Positions 38,062 through 47,350 of a DNA stretch of 64,000 nt are shown piece after piece. Both the position numbers and the translations under genes were made by a program. The notes under the pieces were generated by a model. It did not search any database, had not been told where the DNA came from, and worked only from the letters and a program-made list of their open reading frames with translations. Position 1 is the stretch's first letter; each line of letters begins with the position of its first letter. This DNA comes from Verrucomicrobiota bacterium. GTDB taxonomy: Bacteria; Verrucomicrobiota; Verrucomicrobiia; Limisphaerales; AAA164-E04. Location: NCBI GenBank assembly GCA_047947115.1, contig CP170459.1, positions 2,368,001-2,432,000 on the forward strand, given 5' to 3'.

Positions 38062-41000
38062 TTATTCTGCGATGAAGAACTGAGCTGCCTGGTCGGCTGC
38101 AACGGTGTAAGGAGAGGATGCTCCATCCACTGCATTGAAAGGACCCGTCACAGCGCCAGCGCTCTTGAGAGTTCCGCTGTATTCGATGGTCAGCATGCCG
38201 TCAGTCAGGCTGACTCCGTTGATGCCACCGCCGGAACCGCCCGAGGTCAGGTAGCTGACTGTGTTGAGGTAGATCATTCTACCCACATCGGTCAGGTCCC
38301 AAATCCCGGCAGTTTCAGAAGTAACGCCGTCGGCTTCACGAGAACCTGTCAACAGGGTCAAGCGTTTGCCGGCGAAGTTTCCTCCGGTTGTCGTTGCTGC
38401 TCCGGCGTCGAATTCCACGGCTACAATACCGCCAGCAGTCGGATCATCAGCGGTTGCTACTGTGGCAATCACTCGACCAGCTTCACCGGCGTTGTTGGTA
38501 TTGATGGAGACACCGCGCTGAACTTGATCGTTCCAGGTGACGATACCGGCAAAATCACCGGTGATACCATCCGTGAGATCCACACCGTTGAACAGGGGAT
38601 GGCTGGCATCCTCGGCTTTGAGTTGAATGTTGCCGACTGTATCCACCATGGAACTTCCATCGGTGAAGCCCATTCGGTTATTACGAATCACGTAACCGCC
38701 GAGCACCAGCATAGGCGAGGTAACACTGTTCCAGGCATCAGCACTGGCTCCGGTGCTGTAACCACCACTACTGACCGATCGGCTGATGATCACCAGGTCG
38801 TAACCGTTGAGGGCTTCCACGTCGGGTGAACCGCTGGTCAGGATACGTGTCACGTTGTGACCGGCTGCCTTGAGAGCCTGGGTGTAGCCAATGTCAGCAG
38901 CTTCGGTCATGCCGGCGCCAGCGGCGGCATCGCTTGCTGCGTCGGTTGCGTGGAAACTGACGAAGGCAATATTGGCACCGTTACCAGCTACTGCAACACG
39001 TGCATTGAAGATGCTGTCGATGTCTGATTGGCTGGCGACACCGGAATAGGTGGCCCATTCATACATGACACTGCCAGCGCCCATGTGGTCCGTGGCCTGT
39101 TCAAGTCTAGCACCCATGATCTTGGTGTTGCCGGACAGATCGAAAGTGCCCGCCCAGGTGCCTGAGTGAACGCTGTTGATGTAGAGACGGCTTTCGCCAG
39201 CTCCCGAATCACTGACGATGACGACATGCACGTTGCTGCCGAAGACAGAAGCCACGCTTTGTCCATTCACCGCCGAGAACAGATTGTCAGCCACACCGAA
39301 TTCAGTCGTGCCAAACACTCCCTGGTTGTTCCATTGGTCGAGTTTGATGGCGAAAGCGTCGTTCCCTGCAATAGCAGTCGAAGCTCCATCCATGACGGCA
39401 TTGAAGTGGAACACATAGGTTGCGTCTCCACCGAGGTTGCCGAAGTTTACCACAGTGGGTTCGGTGACTTCAGTGGTGGAACCGGCCACCATTTCGAATG
39501 GTGTGGGAGGATCACAATCCAATGCATCCGGTCCGCAAGCAGCGTGCAACGCAATGTCGGCTTCCTGGAGGGCGCCTTCCCAGATTCGGAAATCGGTGAA
39601 GGTCCCGTTGAATCCGGGATCTGCGCTGAAGTTCGAGCGTCCCAACCAGACGTTGAAGTCTTCGATGGCTGAGAAGTCCTGCTCATCGGAGACGGCCTGA
39701 ATACCGACCAGCTCACCATTACGATAGAGGCGAGCCACGTCGTTGGCAGGGTCCAAGACAAATGCGACGTAGAAGTCCTGTCCCGCAGCCAGTCCGGGAC
39801 CGGTGATGGCCGGGTTCTGCAGGGTAGGGGTCACTCCGTCGTTGACCACTTCCGCAAACAACTGGCCTGCGCCGCTGGATGGGGTGATCTGCATGTAACC
39901 TGTGCCGTTGTAGGAAGTGCCGGCCGGGATAGGCCATTCTTCTCCGAATGTGTTGTCTCCGAAGTCGAGCAAGCGCTGCCAGGCGCCGCCACCGTTCCAG
40001 TGACCGAAGATTTCAAAGGTCAATGCCGGACCTCCTCCAATAGGAGCAGTCAGGTAGTATTCGCTGAACAGATAATCCGGCAGATCGACGAAACCGCTGC
40101 CATCCAGGCTCAAGCCTCCGTTTTCGAAAGTGCCTTCGCCAATAAGTTGACCATCGGCATCCCCGGCGGAATCGCTTGCGTCGCCATCGAATTCATAGCG
40201 GTGGGCCAGTTGTGGTGTCTCTCCGGCTGCTGCTACGTTGAACGTGATGTTCTGAGTTTGTCCGTCAAGATTTGCAGTAACGGTTGCAGAACCCTCCCCA
40301 ATGGGAATCACTCGCAGAGGTGCGGTCAGGATGCGCACAATGCTTGAATCAGAAGTTTCGAATGAAGCCAGAGTGGAAGAGGAAAGATCCACACCGTTGA
40401 CATTTTCGAAGTCAACTTTGAGTGACAAGTTCGCAGGCAATCCGCCGGCAACCAAGTCGGTGTCGGAGGCAGTCAAGTTGATGCTGGTCGCAGCACCGGG
40501 ATCATCGATGATTTCATCCGGACCGGTGACGTCGTTGACAGCGATTTGAACGGGACTCAACACGCCTTCGAAGATACGGAACTCATTGTAGTTTGCCGTG
40601 GTGAAGGCGTCTCCCCCCCACTGGGAACGTCCGATCCAGTTGTTGACGTCGTCCAGTGATGACATGGGACGATCAGGAAGAACCGCTGTTTCGGCAACAT
40701 TGATGCCGTTGATCCAGACCTGGGTGTTGCGTTGTGTGTGGTTGTAGGTAACCACCAGGTGGAATTCTTCTCCGGGAACAATCCCGTTTCCATTTGGAAC
40801 GTCGAGTGTGGGATTTTCACCTCCACCAACTCCTGGGTCAAAGGCAGTGCGTCCGCCGTCTGCGCCGGTGATGCCGCCGCGACGAGGTGCGAAGAACCAG
40901 GAGGCTTCTCCGTTGTAACCAGCGCCGCCTGCTTGTGGGGCGTCCGGATCTTCTCCAGCGGTGGTGTTGCCGAAGTCGAACACACGTTGCCAGCCGCCCT

Positions 41001-42303
41001 GACCGGCTGGATCAAAAGTAGCCCAGGCTTCAACGGTGGCGTTGTCCCCCAGTTCGGAAATCATGCCGTTTGGCAGGTCGACATATGCGAGGTCCTCACC
41101 GATGAAATCCGCGGTGCCGTTGCTGTTGAATTTTAGGTTGTATGCTACACCGTCTTTGTCTCCGACAGAATCGGAAAGTGTGTCAGAACCGGATCCGTCG
41201 CTGAAGCTGTAGCGGTGGCGCAAGACAGCTTCCGGCAGTGGTGGAACTGCAACGGTGACTTGAATGGAAGCACTGAAAGCACCATTCGCAAAGGTGATGG
41301 TTGCTTCCCCAGCTCCGACGCCATTGATTGTTCCATTACTATCGATGGTGGCCACATTGGCATTGTTTGAGGAAACAGATACGAAGGGAGTCACATTCAA
41401 TGAACGGCCTCCAAAATCTCCAACCGCACTGACAATGGCGGTTTCACCTTGGACCAGAGAAACAGCATTCGTCGAGGCGTTCAAGCCTGTCATGTCGTCG
41501 AGGCTACCGCCGGTGGTGCTGTCCGCACCGCCGAAGAAGTTAGAAGCGACATCGTCAGCACTCAGAGCGTTGTCATAGATGCGGAATTCGTTGTAGCTTC
41601 CGACGAACAAGTTGTCACCGGCCCATTGGGAACGGCCCAACCAGTTGTTGACGTCGTTGCCCGCCACATCGTTCGCAATGGTGATTGCGGTCGCGGTATT
41701 TTCTCCGGCGTTGACCCCATCAAAGTACATCGTTGCAGTGGTGTTGGCTTCATCCCAAACGAAAGCCAGGTGATGTTCTTCATTGGCGCTCGCGGAAGGT
41801 TGACGGGTGACGCTGGTTTCTCCGCCACCTTGACCGCGCCATGCTGCACGGACGCCGCCACCACCGGCTTGAGGGGTGGTGAACAATTGAGCGGTCAGGT
41901 CCCCACTGTCCGACACATCTTCACCTCCAATAGAGGTTCCCATGTCCCAAATGCGCTGCCAGTCACCGGCGCCGGTCCAGGTGAACCAGACTTCCATGGT
42001 GAAATTGGCCTGATCATTGGCGCCCACCAGGTCGCTGATGATACCGTTTGGCAAGTCGACATAGTCGCCCGCGTCACTGCCGGAGTTCTGGGTGCCATTG
42101 TTCCCCATGACGAGTTGCCCGTCGGTATAGGTGGCATTCCCTGTGTTATTAACCAATTCGCCATCAGCACCATTCACGCTGTCAGCAGCGGAATTGGTAA
42201 AACTGTAGCGATGCTTCAACTCAGCGCGTGCATTCGAGGCGAATAGTGCCGCCATGATTGCAAGCGCCAAACCCAACATCTTTGTTTGACGTGTTTTGTT
42301 CAT
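38062..42303 (-). CDS. Large secreted LamG-like jellyroll repeat protein with Ig-like spacers
   Basis: Signal peptide; three LxHRYxF...WQRxxDxG...WxGRS...FRI repeats separated by Ig-like segments; short beta-rich C-terminal tail (TIEYSGTLKSA...GPF...SSPY...QFF). Confidence 0.88.
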   Translation of the reverse strand: MNKTRQTKMLGLALAIMAALFASNARAELKHRYSFTNSAADSVNGADGELVNNTGNATYTDGQLVMGNNGTQNSGSDAGDYVDLPNGIISDLVGANDQANFTMEVWFTWTGAGDWQRIWDMGTSIGGEDVSDSGDLTAQLFTTPQAGGGGVRAAWRGQGGGETSVTRQPSASANEEHHLAFVWDEANTTATMYFDGVNAGENTATAITIANDVAGNDVNNWLGRSQWAGDNLFVGSYNEFRIYDNALSADDVASNFFGGADSTTGGSLDDMTGLNASTNAVSLVQGETAIVSAVGDFGGRSLNVTPFVSVSSNNANVATIDSNGTINGVGAGEATITFANGAFSASIQVTVAVPPLPEAVLRHRYSFSDGSGSDTLSDSVGDKDGVAYNLKFNSNGTADFIGEDLAYVDLPNGMISELGDNATVEAWATFDPAGQGGWQRVFDFGNTTAGEDPDAPQAGGAGYNGEASWFFAPRRGGITGADGGRTAFDPGVGGGENPTLDVPNGNGIVPGEEFHLVVTYNHTQRNTQVWINGINVAETAVLPDRPMSSLDDVNNWIGRSQWGGDAFTTANYNEFRIFEGVLSPVQIAVNDVTGPDEIIDDPGAATSINLTASDTDLVAGGLPANLSLKVDFENVNGVDLSSSTLASFETSDSSIVRILTAPLRVIPIGEGSATVTANLDGQTQNITFNVAAAGETPQLAHRYEFDGDASDSAGDADGQLIGEGTFENGGLSLDGSGFVDLPDYLFSEYYLTAPIGGGPALTFEIFGHWNGGGAWQRLLDFGDNTFGEEWPIPAGTSYNGTGYMQITPSSGAGQLFAEVVNDGVTPTLQNPAITGPGLAAGQDFYVAFVLDPANDVARLYRNGELVGIQAVSDEQDFSAIEDFNVWLGRSNFSADPGFNGTFTDFRIWEGALQEADIALHAACGPDALDCDPPTPFEMVAGSTTEVTEPTVVNFGNLGGDATYVFHFNAVMDGASTAIAGNDAFAIKLDQWNNQGVFGTTEFGVADNLFSAVNGQSVASVFGSNVHVVIVSDSGAGESRLYINSVHSGTWAGTFDLSGNTKIMGARLEQATDHMGAGSVMYEWATYSGVASQSDIDSIFNARVAVAGNGANIAFVSFHATDAASDAAAGAGMTEAADIGYTQALKAAGHNVTRILTSGSPDVEALNGYDLVIISRSVSSGGYSTGASADAWNSVTSPMLVLGGYVIRNNRMGFTDGSSMVDTVGNIQLKAEDASHPLFNGVDLTDGITGDFAGIVTWNDQVQRGVSINTNNAGEAGRVIATVATADDPTAGGIVAVEFDAGAATTTGGNFAGKRLTLLTGSREADGVTSETAGIWDLTDVGRMIYLNTVSYLTSGGSGGGINGVSLTDGMLTIEYSGTLKSAGAVTGPFNAVDGASSPYTVAADQAAQFFIAE

Positions 42304-42358
42304 ATGTATGCGTTTGCGTTAAAAGTAATCTAACTGTAACATTCACTCTTACAGTATA

Positions 42359-43264
42359 TTGCTGGATATTTGGAGACACACGGGTAGCGCTTTCAGGCAA
42401 TCTTCCCAAAATGTCATTCCAAGCAAACCTTGCAAAGGGATTCTGTTAGATATATCAAAAAAGGGAACCCCGGTCTTGGCAGAGTCGGACGCGATTTATG
42501 ATTTATCGGACATTTTTGCTTTGAGTTACGATCCCAGACAGTCTGCTTTCTTAAAGCAAGTTGCCGCACTAAGTGCGTTTTATATGCTTTTCGACCACCT
42601 GCCGGGGGTGTCTTTCTTCGCCAAAAATAAAGATTTCGAACTCATTTTTGCCAATCACTCATTTTTGGAACGGCTTGGTTTTCAAGATGAAGTGGATATT
42701 ATAGGGAAGACGGATTTTGATTTGTTTCCCAAATCTCTGGCTGACAACTTTCGCCGGGATGATGCCTGGGTGATGGAGCATGGCAAACCAAAGCTGAAAA
42801 TCATCGAATTATTCATCAATACCGATGGACTTCCCGACTGGTACATGACCAACAAACTCCCGGTATTTGACAAGCAAAACCGAATCATTGGTCTCATGGG
42901 TACTACCCAGAGTTATCAATACGGTAAGGAGTTTTTGCAGCCTTATCTGCAGATTGAACCGGCGATTGAATACATTCAGAAACATTTCCGGCGGAAAATC
43001 ACGGTGCAGACCGTGGCGGAAACGGTCAATCTCTCCGCCAGACAACTGGATCGCAAATTTCAGGAGACACTTAAGATGAGTCCGCAGGAGTTTATCATGA
43101 AACTGAGGCTGAAGACCGCTTGCAGTGAATTGACCTGTTCCCCTAAGAAGATCATGGAAATCGCATTGGATTTGGGATTTTATGATCAGAGTTCATTTAC
43201 GCTTCAATTTCGCAAGCAGATGGGAATGACTCCGTTGCAGTACCGGAAGCGTCATCAGGACTAG
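42359..43264 (+). CDS. AraC family transcriptional regulator with N-terminal PAS domain (start uncertain)
   Basis: PAS (FFAKN...IIGKTDFDLFP); double HTH (LSARQLDRKF; GFYDQSSFT..FRKQMGMTPLQYR). Confidence 0.92.
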   Translation: MLDIWRHTGSAFRQSSQNVIPSKPCKGILLDISKKGTPVLAESDAIYDLSDIFALSYDPRQSAFLKQVAALSAFYMLFDHLPGVSFFAKNKDFELIFANHSFLERLGFQDEVDIIGKTDFDLFPKSLADNFRRDDAWVMEHGKPKLKIIELFINTDGLPDWYMTNKLPVFDKQNRIIGLMGTTQSYQYGKEFLQPYLQIEPAIEYIQKHFRRKITVQTVAETVNLSARQLDRKFQETLKMSPQEFIMKLRLKTACSELTCSPKKIMEIALDLGFYDQSSFTLQFRKQMGMTPLQYRKRHQD

Positions 43265-43271
43265 GAGCCCA

Positions 43272-43739
43272 TCAGGTGCCCCCATTGCTGTTTTGGGTAC
43301 GTCTCCAGGTGATCATGGCCAGCCAGAAGCAGAACAATTGAGCAGGTATGGGGAGGTCTGCCGAGCAGGTTATCGTGGCTCTTCTTGTGAAAGCATGAAC
43401 GGGGTCGATCATGCCAATAGGGCGATTGTTATGAAGAATTTCAAACCCGCGTCCAAAGGCGGACTTGGCTTTTAGTATCCATTGAGAGTTTTCGAATTTC
43501 ACATCGAATGTTCGGCTGAAAATATTTTGCTTGTGCGCCTTTCCCAGAATGGTTCCGTCCCGTTCCAGAGTCCATTGACCACTGATGAAACTTATTTTTC
43601 GAATCGTCCATTCCTGGTTTTGGAGATGAATGGAACCTTGTTCGGTGAGAAAATGTGTCTTGATGGACGCGATCGGCTCACCGGAACGGACCACTCGGAA
43701 ATCCCATGAGCATAGTGATTGAGGAAGGCAGCTAAGCAT
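43272..43739 (-). CDS. Hypothetical protein (possible LURP-one/scramblase-like beta fold)
   Basis: 155-aa ORF filling the gap; repeated beta-strand pattern with a C-terminal hydrophobic helix. Confidence 0.6.
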   Translation of the reverse strand: MLSCLPQSLCSWDFRVVRSGEPIASIKTHFLTEQGSIHLQNQEWTIRKISFISGQWTLERDGTILGKAHKQNIFSRTFDVKFENSQWILKAKSAFGRGFEILHNNRPIGMIDPVHAFTRRATITCSADLPIPAQLFCFWLAMITWRRTQNSNGGT

Positions 43740-43903
43740 GTTGTGGAATGTTCTGTTGGGTTATAGTGTTCATGAATTTCCAGTTCTCTCCATGAGAAAA
43801 GACCTGTTATTTTGTAAAACACAAATCTTGAGTTGGAGCAGAATCTTCCTTTTCGCTTGTTCCTGATCAAGGCAGTTTGCATATTGAGTCACACCCTTTA
43901 GAA

Positions 43904-46900
43904 ATGAGTCCACTTCCAGACAGATTGAATCAGAACCATGAATCATGTCTCGATTCCATTTTAACGCCTTCCTTTTCTCAGCTTGTCTCACGGACATGCC
44001 GGGTGGCGCTGATTTTTTGTTTGCATACGTTTTCCCATGCTGCCGATTTCAAAACGGAACCCTTGAAACCCTTGTCAGGTTCCAGCGCTTCCAAAACGCT
44101 TTTTGAGTTGGTGGATTCCTCAAAATCAGTTGTGAACTATGAGATGACTCTTCCGGATGTGGCTCAGAGATTCAGGGAACTTTTGCAACTCGCTACCTTG
44201 GGTGGAATTGCTACCGGAGATGTGGACGGAGATGGTTGGGCGGATTTTTTTGTGGCCAGTCCTTTGGGGGGGAGTCGACTTTATCACAGCCTTGGCGGAT
44301 TCAAGTTTGAGGATGTAACGGATAAATGGGGCCTGAGCCAGGCAGGCTTCTGGGCTTCCGGAGCGAATATTGTCGATGTCAATAACGACGGCCGTCTGGA
44401 CCTTTATGTTTGTGGTTATCGCATGCCCAACCGGCTTTATCTTAACATGGGACCGGATAGCAATGGAGATACGAAGTTCGTTGAAAGCGCGAAACAGTAT
44501 GGGCTCGATTACAACGGGGGGAGCATGCAGATGTTTTTTGCGGACATCGATTTGGATGGCGATTTGGACGGCTACCTGGCCACCACCGCCGTGCCGCCTC
44601 CGTCGGGAGTGAAGTTTCAGGTGCGGTTCGAAGGAAATAAACCGGTCGTGCCCGATGAATTGAAAGAATATTGGAGTTTGATCTATCTGCCGGGAGAAAA
44701 AGCCCACCCCTCAGAAAACGGTCAATACGATCACCTGTTCCGCAATGACGGCGACAAGTTTACTGAAATAACAAAGGAGGCGGGCATCGATGGTCCCTAC
44801 CTGACACTTGGCGCCATTTGGTGGGATTACAATCAGGATCGTTACCCGGATTTATATGTGGCCAATGATTATCTGGGGCCGGATATGTTGTATTTGAACC
44901 AGGGCGACGGAACATTCAAAGACGTCATCGTCGATTCCATGCCTCACACTCCATGGTCTTCGATGGGGGTGGACATCGGGGATCTTGATAACAACGGTTG
45001 GATGGACCTGATTGCCTGCGACATGATGGGATCCACACATTATCGTCGACAGGTCATGATGGGGGAGAGCAGCCGCAAGGACTGGTTCCTGGATTTCGCC
45101 GAACCACGACAATACTCGCGCAACACGGTTTTTCTGAACACGGGTACAGGAAGCTTCATGGAAGCAGCTTTTCTGACCGGTATGGCCGCCACCGATTGGA
45201 CCTGGGCGCCGAGGATGGAAGATTTTGATTTGGATGGTCGGGTGGATGTCTTGTTCACCAACGGCATGTTACGGGATGTTCAGCATTCGGATCTGGCCAA
45301 TTATGCGGATCACACATTGAAAGGCGGCACTCCGGAATGGGCCGATTGGTGGTCGAAGCAGGGAGTGCGCAAGGAGGCTAATTTTGCTTTTCGTAATCAA
45401 GGGGAATTGAAATTTCAAAACGTCAGCGCCGACTGGGGGCTGAACCATGTCGGGGTGACCTTTGGCGCGGCGACTGCGGATTTCGATAACGACGGCGATT
45501 TGGACCTGGTGTTGAACAATGCCGATGGCCCGCTTCAATTGCTCCGCAATCAAAGCGTTGATTACAACCGTGTCAGCATTCGGCTGGTGGGTGATCAAAG
45601 CAACAAGCATGGTGTGGGTGCGTCTCTTTATCTGGAAGCCGGAGGGTTGAAACAATCCCGGCACATCGTTGCAGGGCGCGCCTGGTTATCGGGCAGCGAG
45701 CCGATGGTTCATTTTGGATTGGGCACTGCGGCGCAAGTGGACAAGCTCACGGTTCGTTGGCCCAGTGGTGTGGTACAAATCTTTTCCAATCTTCCGGCAA
45801 ATCATCGTCATGTGATTCATGAAACGGGATCGAATGATGAATCAAGCGAAACCTCAATGCCATGGCAGTCTAAAGCGCCGTGGTTTCACTCCTCTCCTCT
45901 CGCGAATGCTTTGGATTACCCTGCCCAGGATTTTGACGATTTTTCGATGCAACCTCTGTTGCCACATCAGCCCTCCAAAACCCATTTTGCGATGGCTTGG
46001 GGAGATCTGGACGGAGACGGGGACCAGGATGCGTTCATTGGCGCCGGACTCGGGCATGCCGGTAGCATTTTCCTGAGACAGGATGATGGGGCTTTCAAAA
46101 AATCCCTACTGCCAACCGACATGGCCACGCAAACTTGTTATGATTCGGATGCTCTATTTGCTGACGCCGATGGAGACGGGGATTTGGATTTGTTTTTGGT
46201 GAAATGTAGCCCCATGCCGAACCCGACCGCCAATGTCCCCGGCATCACTCTCTATTTGAATGACAGCAAAGGTGAATTCAGCGCAACCCCACCTCAGACC
46301 TTTCCACCCGTGCTGCCTGTCGTGGGTTGCCTCGCTGCAGCGGATGTGGATCAGGATGGCGATTTGGATCTTTACCTGGGTGGTGGTCCGGTGCCTGGAA
46401 AGTATCCTTTGGGATCGCCCGGTTACCTGCTCATCAATGAGAATGGCCAGTGGAGCGATCAAACACCTGCGGCCATCAAACCATTCTGGTTGTCGAAGCA
46501 AGCCGTCTGGTCGGATGTCGATGGGGATGGACGGGTGGAATTATTGGTCGCTACCGAATGGGGTAGTGTGAAGTTGATCCAGAAACGCGATGATGAATGG
46601 ATGGATCTGACGGAGCAGGCCGGGCTTTCTTCACTCATGGGATGGTGGGCATCGATTGCAGCCGCCGATCTGGATGGCGATGGAGATACGGACTTCGTGC
46701 TGGGGAATCGGGGTTTGAATACCGCTTATCAACCCGGCGCTTCCGAACCCGATTGGCTCATTTACGGCGATATGGATCAGAATGCGCGCCCTGAATTGCT
46801 GGAGGTTTACTCCGAAGGCGGTGTGCGTTACCCGCGTCGAGGATTTGATCCGCTGCAACGTTCGATGCCTTTCCTTCGGCAGAAGTTTCTCAATTTTCAT

Positions 46901-47350
46901 CAATTCTCCATGACCCCTTTAACGTCCATGTTTTCGGAAGACGCTGTTCGGAAAGCTTACCTCATACGTGCGACACAAGCGGCGTCCGGTGTGTTGCTGA
47001 ACAAAGGTGATTTGAAGTTTGAATTCAAACCGTTTCCAAAGCTTGCCCAGGCAGCACCGATCAATGGTGTGGTGATCACCGATTTAAATGGCGATGAGAT
47101 GCCGGACCTGGTGGTGGCCCAAAACGACTTCAGTCCACAACGCATGCATGGTCGTATGGATGGTGGACTGGGGATGGTGCTTCTTGGTCGCGGTGATGGA
47201 TCATTTGACTGTGTGGATGCAGGTCAAACCGGTGTGGTCGTTTCAGGGGATATGCGTCGAGTGGTATCGGTGGACCTGGACGGCGATGGGGAGGAAGATT
47301 TGGTGTTTGGCGGACGAAGCGGAAATCTCAAAGCATTACTGAGGCAATGA
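43904..47350 (+). CDS. FG-GAP/VCBS repeat + ASPIC/UnbV (CRTAC1-like) protein
   Basis: Many DxDGDGxxD repeats; central ASPIC-like segment (HFGLG...VRWPSG); second propeller. Confidence 0.9.
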   Translation: MSPLPDRLNQNHESCLDSILTPSFSQLVSRTCRVALIFCLHTFSHAADFKTEPLKPLSGSSASKTLFELVDSSKSVVNYEMTLPDVAQRFRELLQLATLGGIATGDVDGDGWADFFVASPLGGSRLYHSLGGFKFEDVTDKWGLSQAGFWASGANIVDVNNDGRLDLYVCGYRMPNRLYLNMGPDSNGDTKFVESAKQYGLDYNGGSMQMFFADIDLDGDLDGYLATTAVPPPSGVKFQVRFEGNKPVVPDELKEYWSLIYLPGEKAHPSENGQYDHLFRNDGDKFTEITKEAGIDGPYLTLGAIWWDYNQDRYPDLYVANDYLGPDMLYLNQGDGTFKDVIVDSMPHTPWSSMGVDIGDLDNNGWMDLIACDMMGSTHYRRQVMMGESSRKDWFLDFAEPRQYSRNTVFLNTGTGSFMEAAFLTGMAATDWTWAPRMEDFDLDGRVDVLFTNGMLRDVQHSDLANYADHTLKGGTPEWADWWSKQGVRKEANFAFRNQGELKFQNVSADWGLNHVGVTFGAATADFDNDGDLDLVLNNADGPLQLLRNQSVDYNRVSIRLVGDQSNKHGVGASLYLEAGGLKQSRHIVAGRAWLSGSEPMVHFGLGTAAQVDKLTVRWPSGVVQIFSNLPANHRHVIHETGSNDESSETSMPWQSKAPWFHSSPLANALDYPAQDFDDFSMQPLLPHQPSKTHFAMAWGDLDGDGDQDAFIGAGLGHAGSIFLRQDDGAFKKSLLPTDMATQTCYDSDALFADADGDGDLDLFLVKCSPMPNPTANVPGITLYLNDSKGEFSATPPQTFPPVLPVVGCLAAADVDQDGDLDLYLGGGPVPGKYPLGSPGYLLINENGQWSDQTPAAIKPFWLSKQAVWSDVDGDGRVELLVATEWGSVKLIQKRDDEWMDLTEQAGLSSLMGWWASIAAADLDGDGDTDFVLGNRGLNTAYQPGASEPDWLIYGDMDQNARPELLEVYSEGGVRYPRRGFDPLQRSMPFLRQKFLNFHQFSMTPLTSMFSEDAVRKAYLIRATQAASGVLLNKGDLKFEFKPFPKLAQAAPINGVVITDLNGDEMPDLVVAQNDFSPQRMHGRMDGGLGMVLLGRGDGSFDCVDAGQTGVVVSGDMRRVVSVDLDGDGEEDLVFGGRSGNLKALLRQ

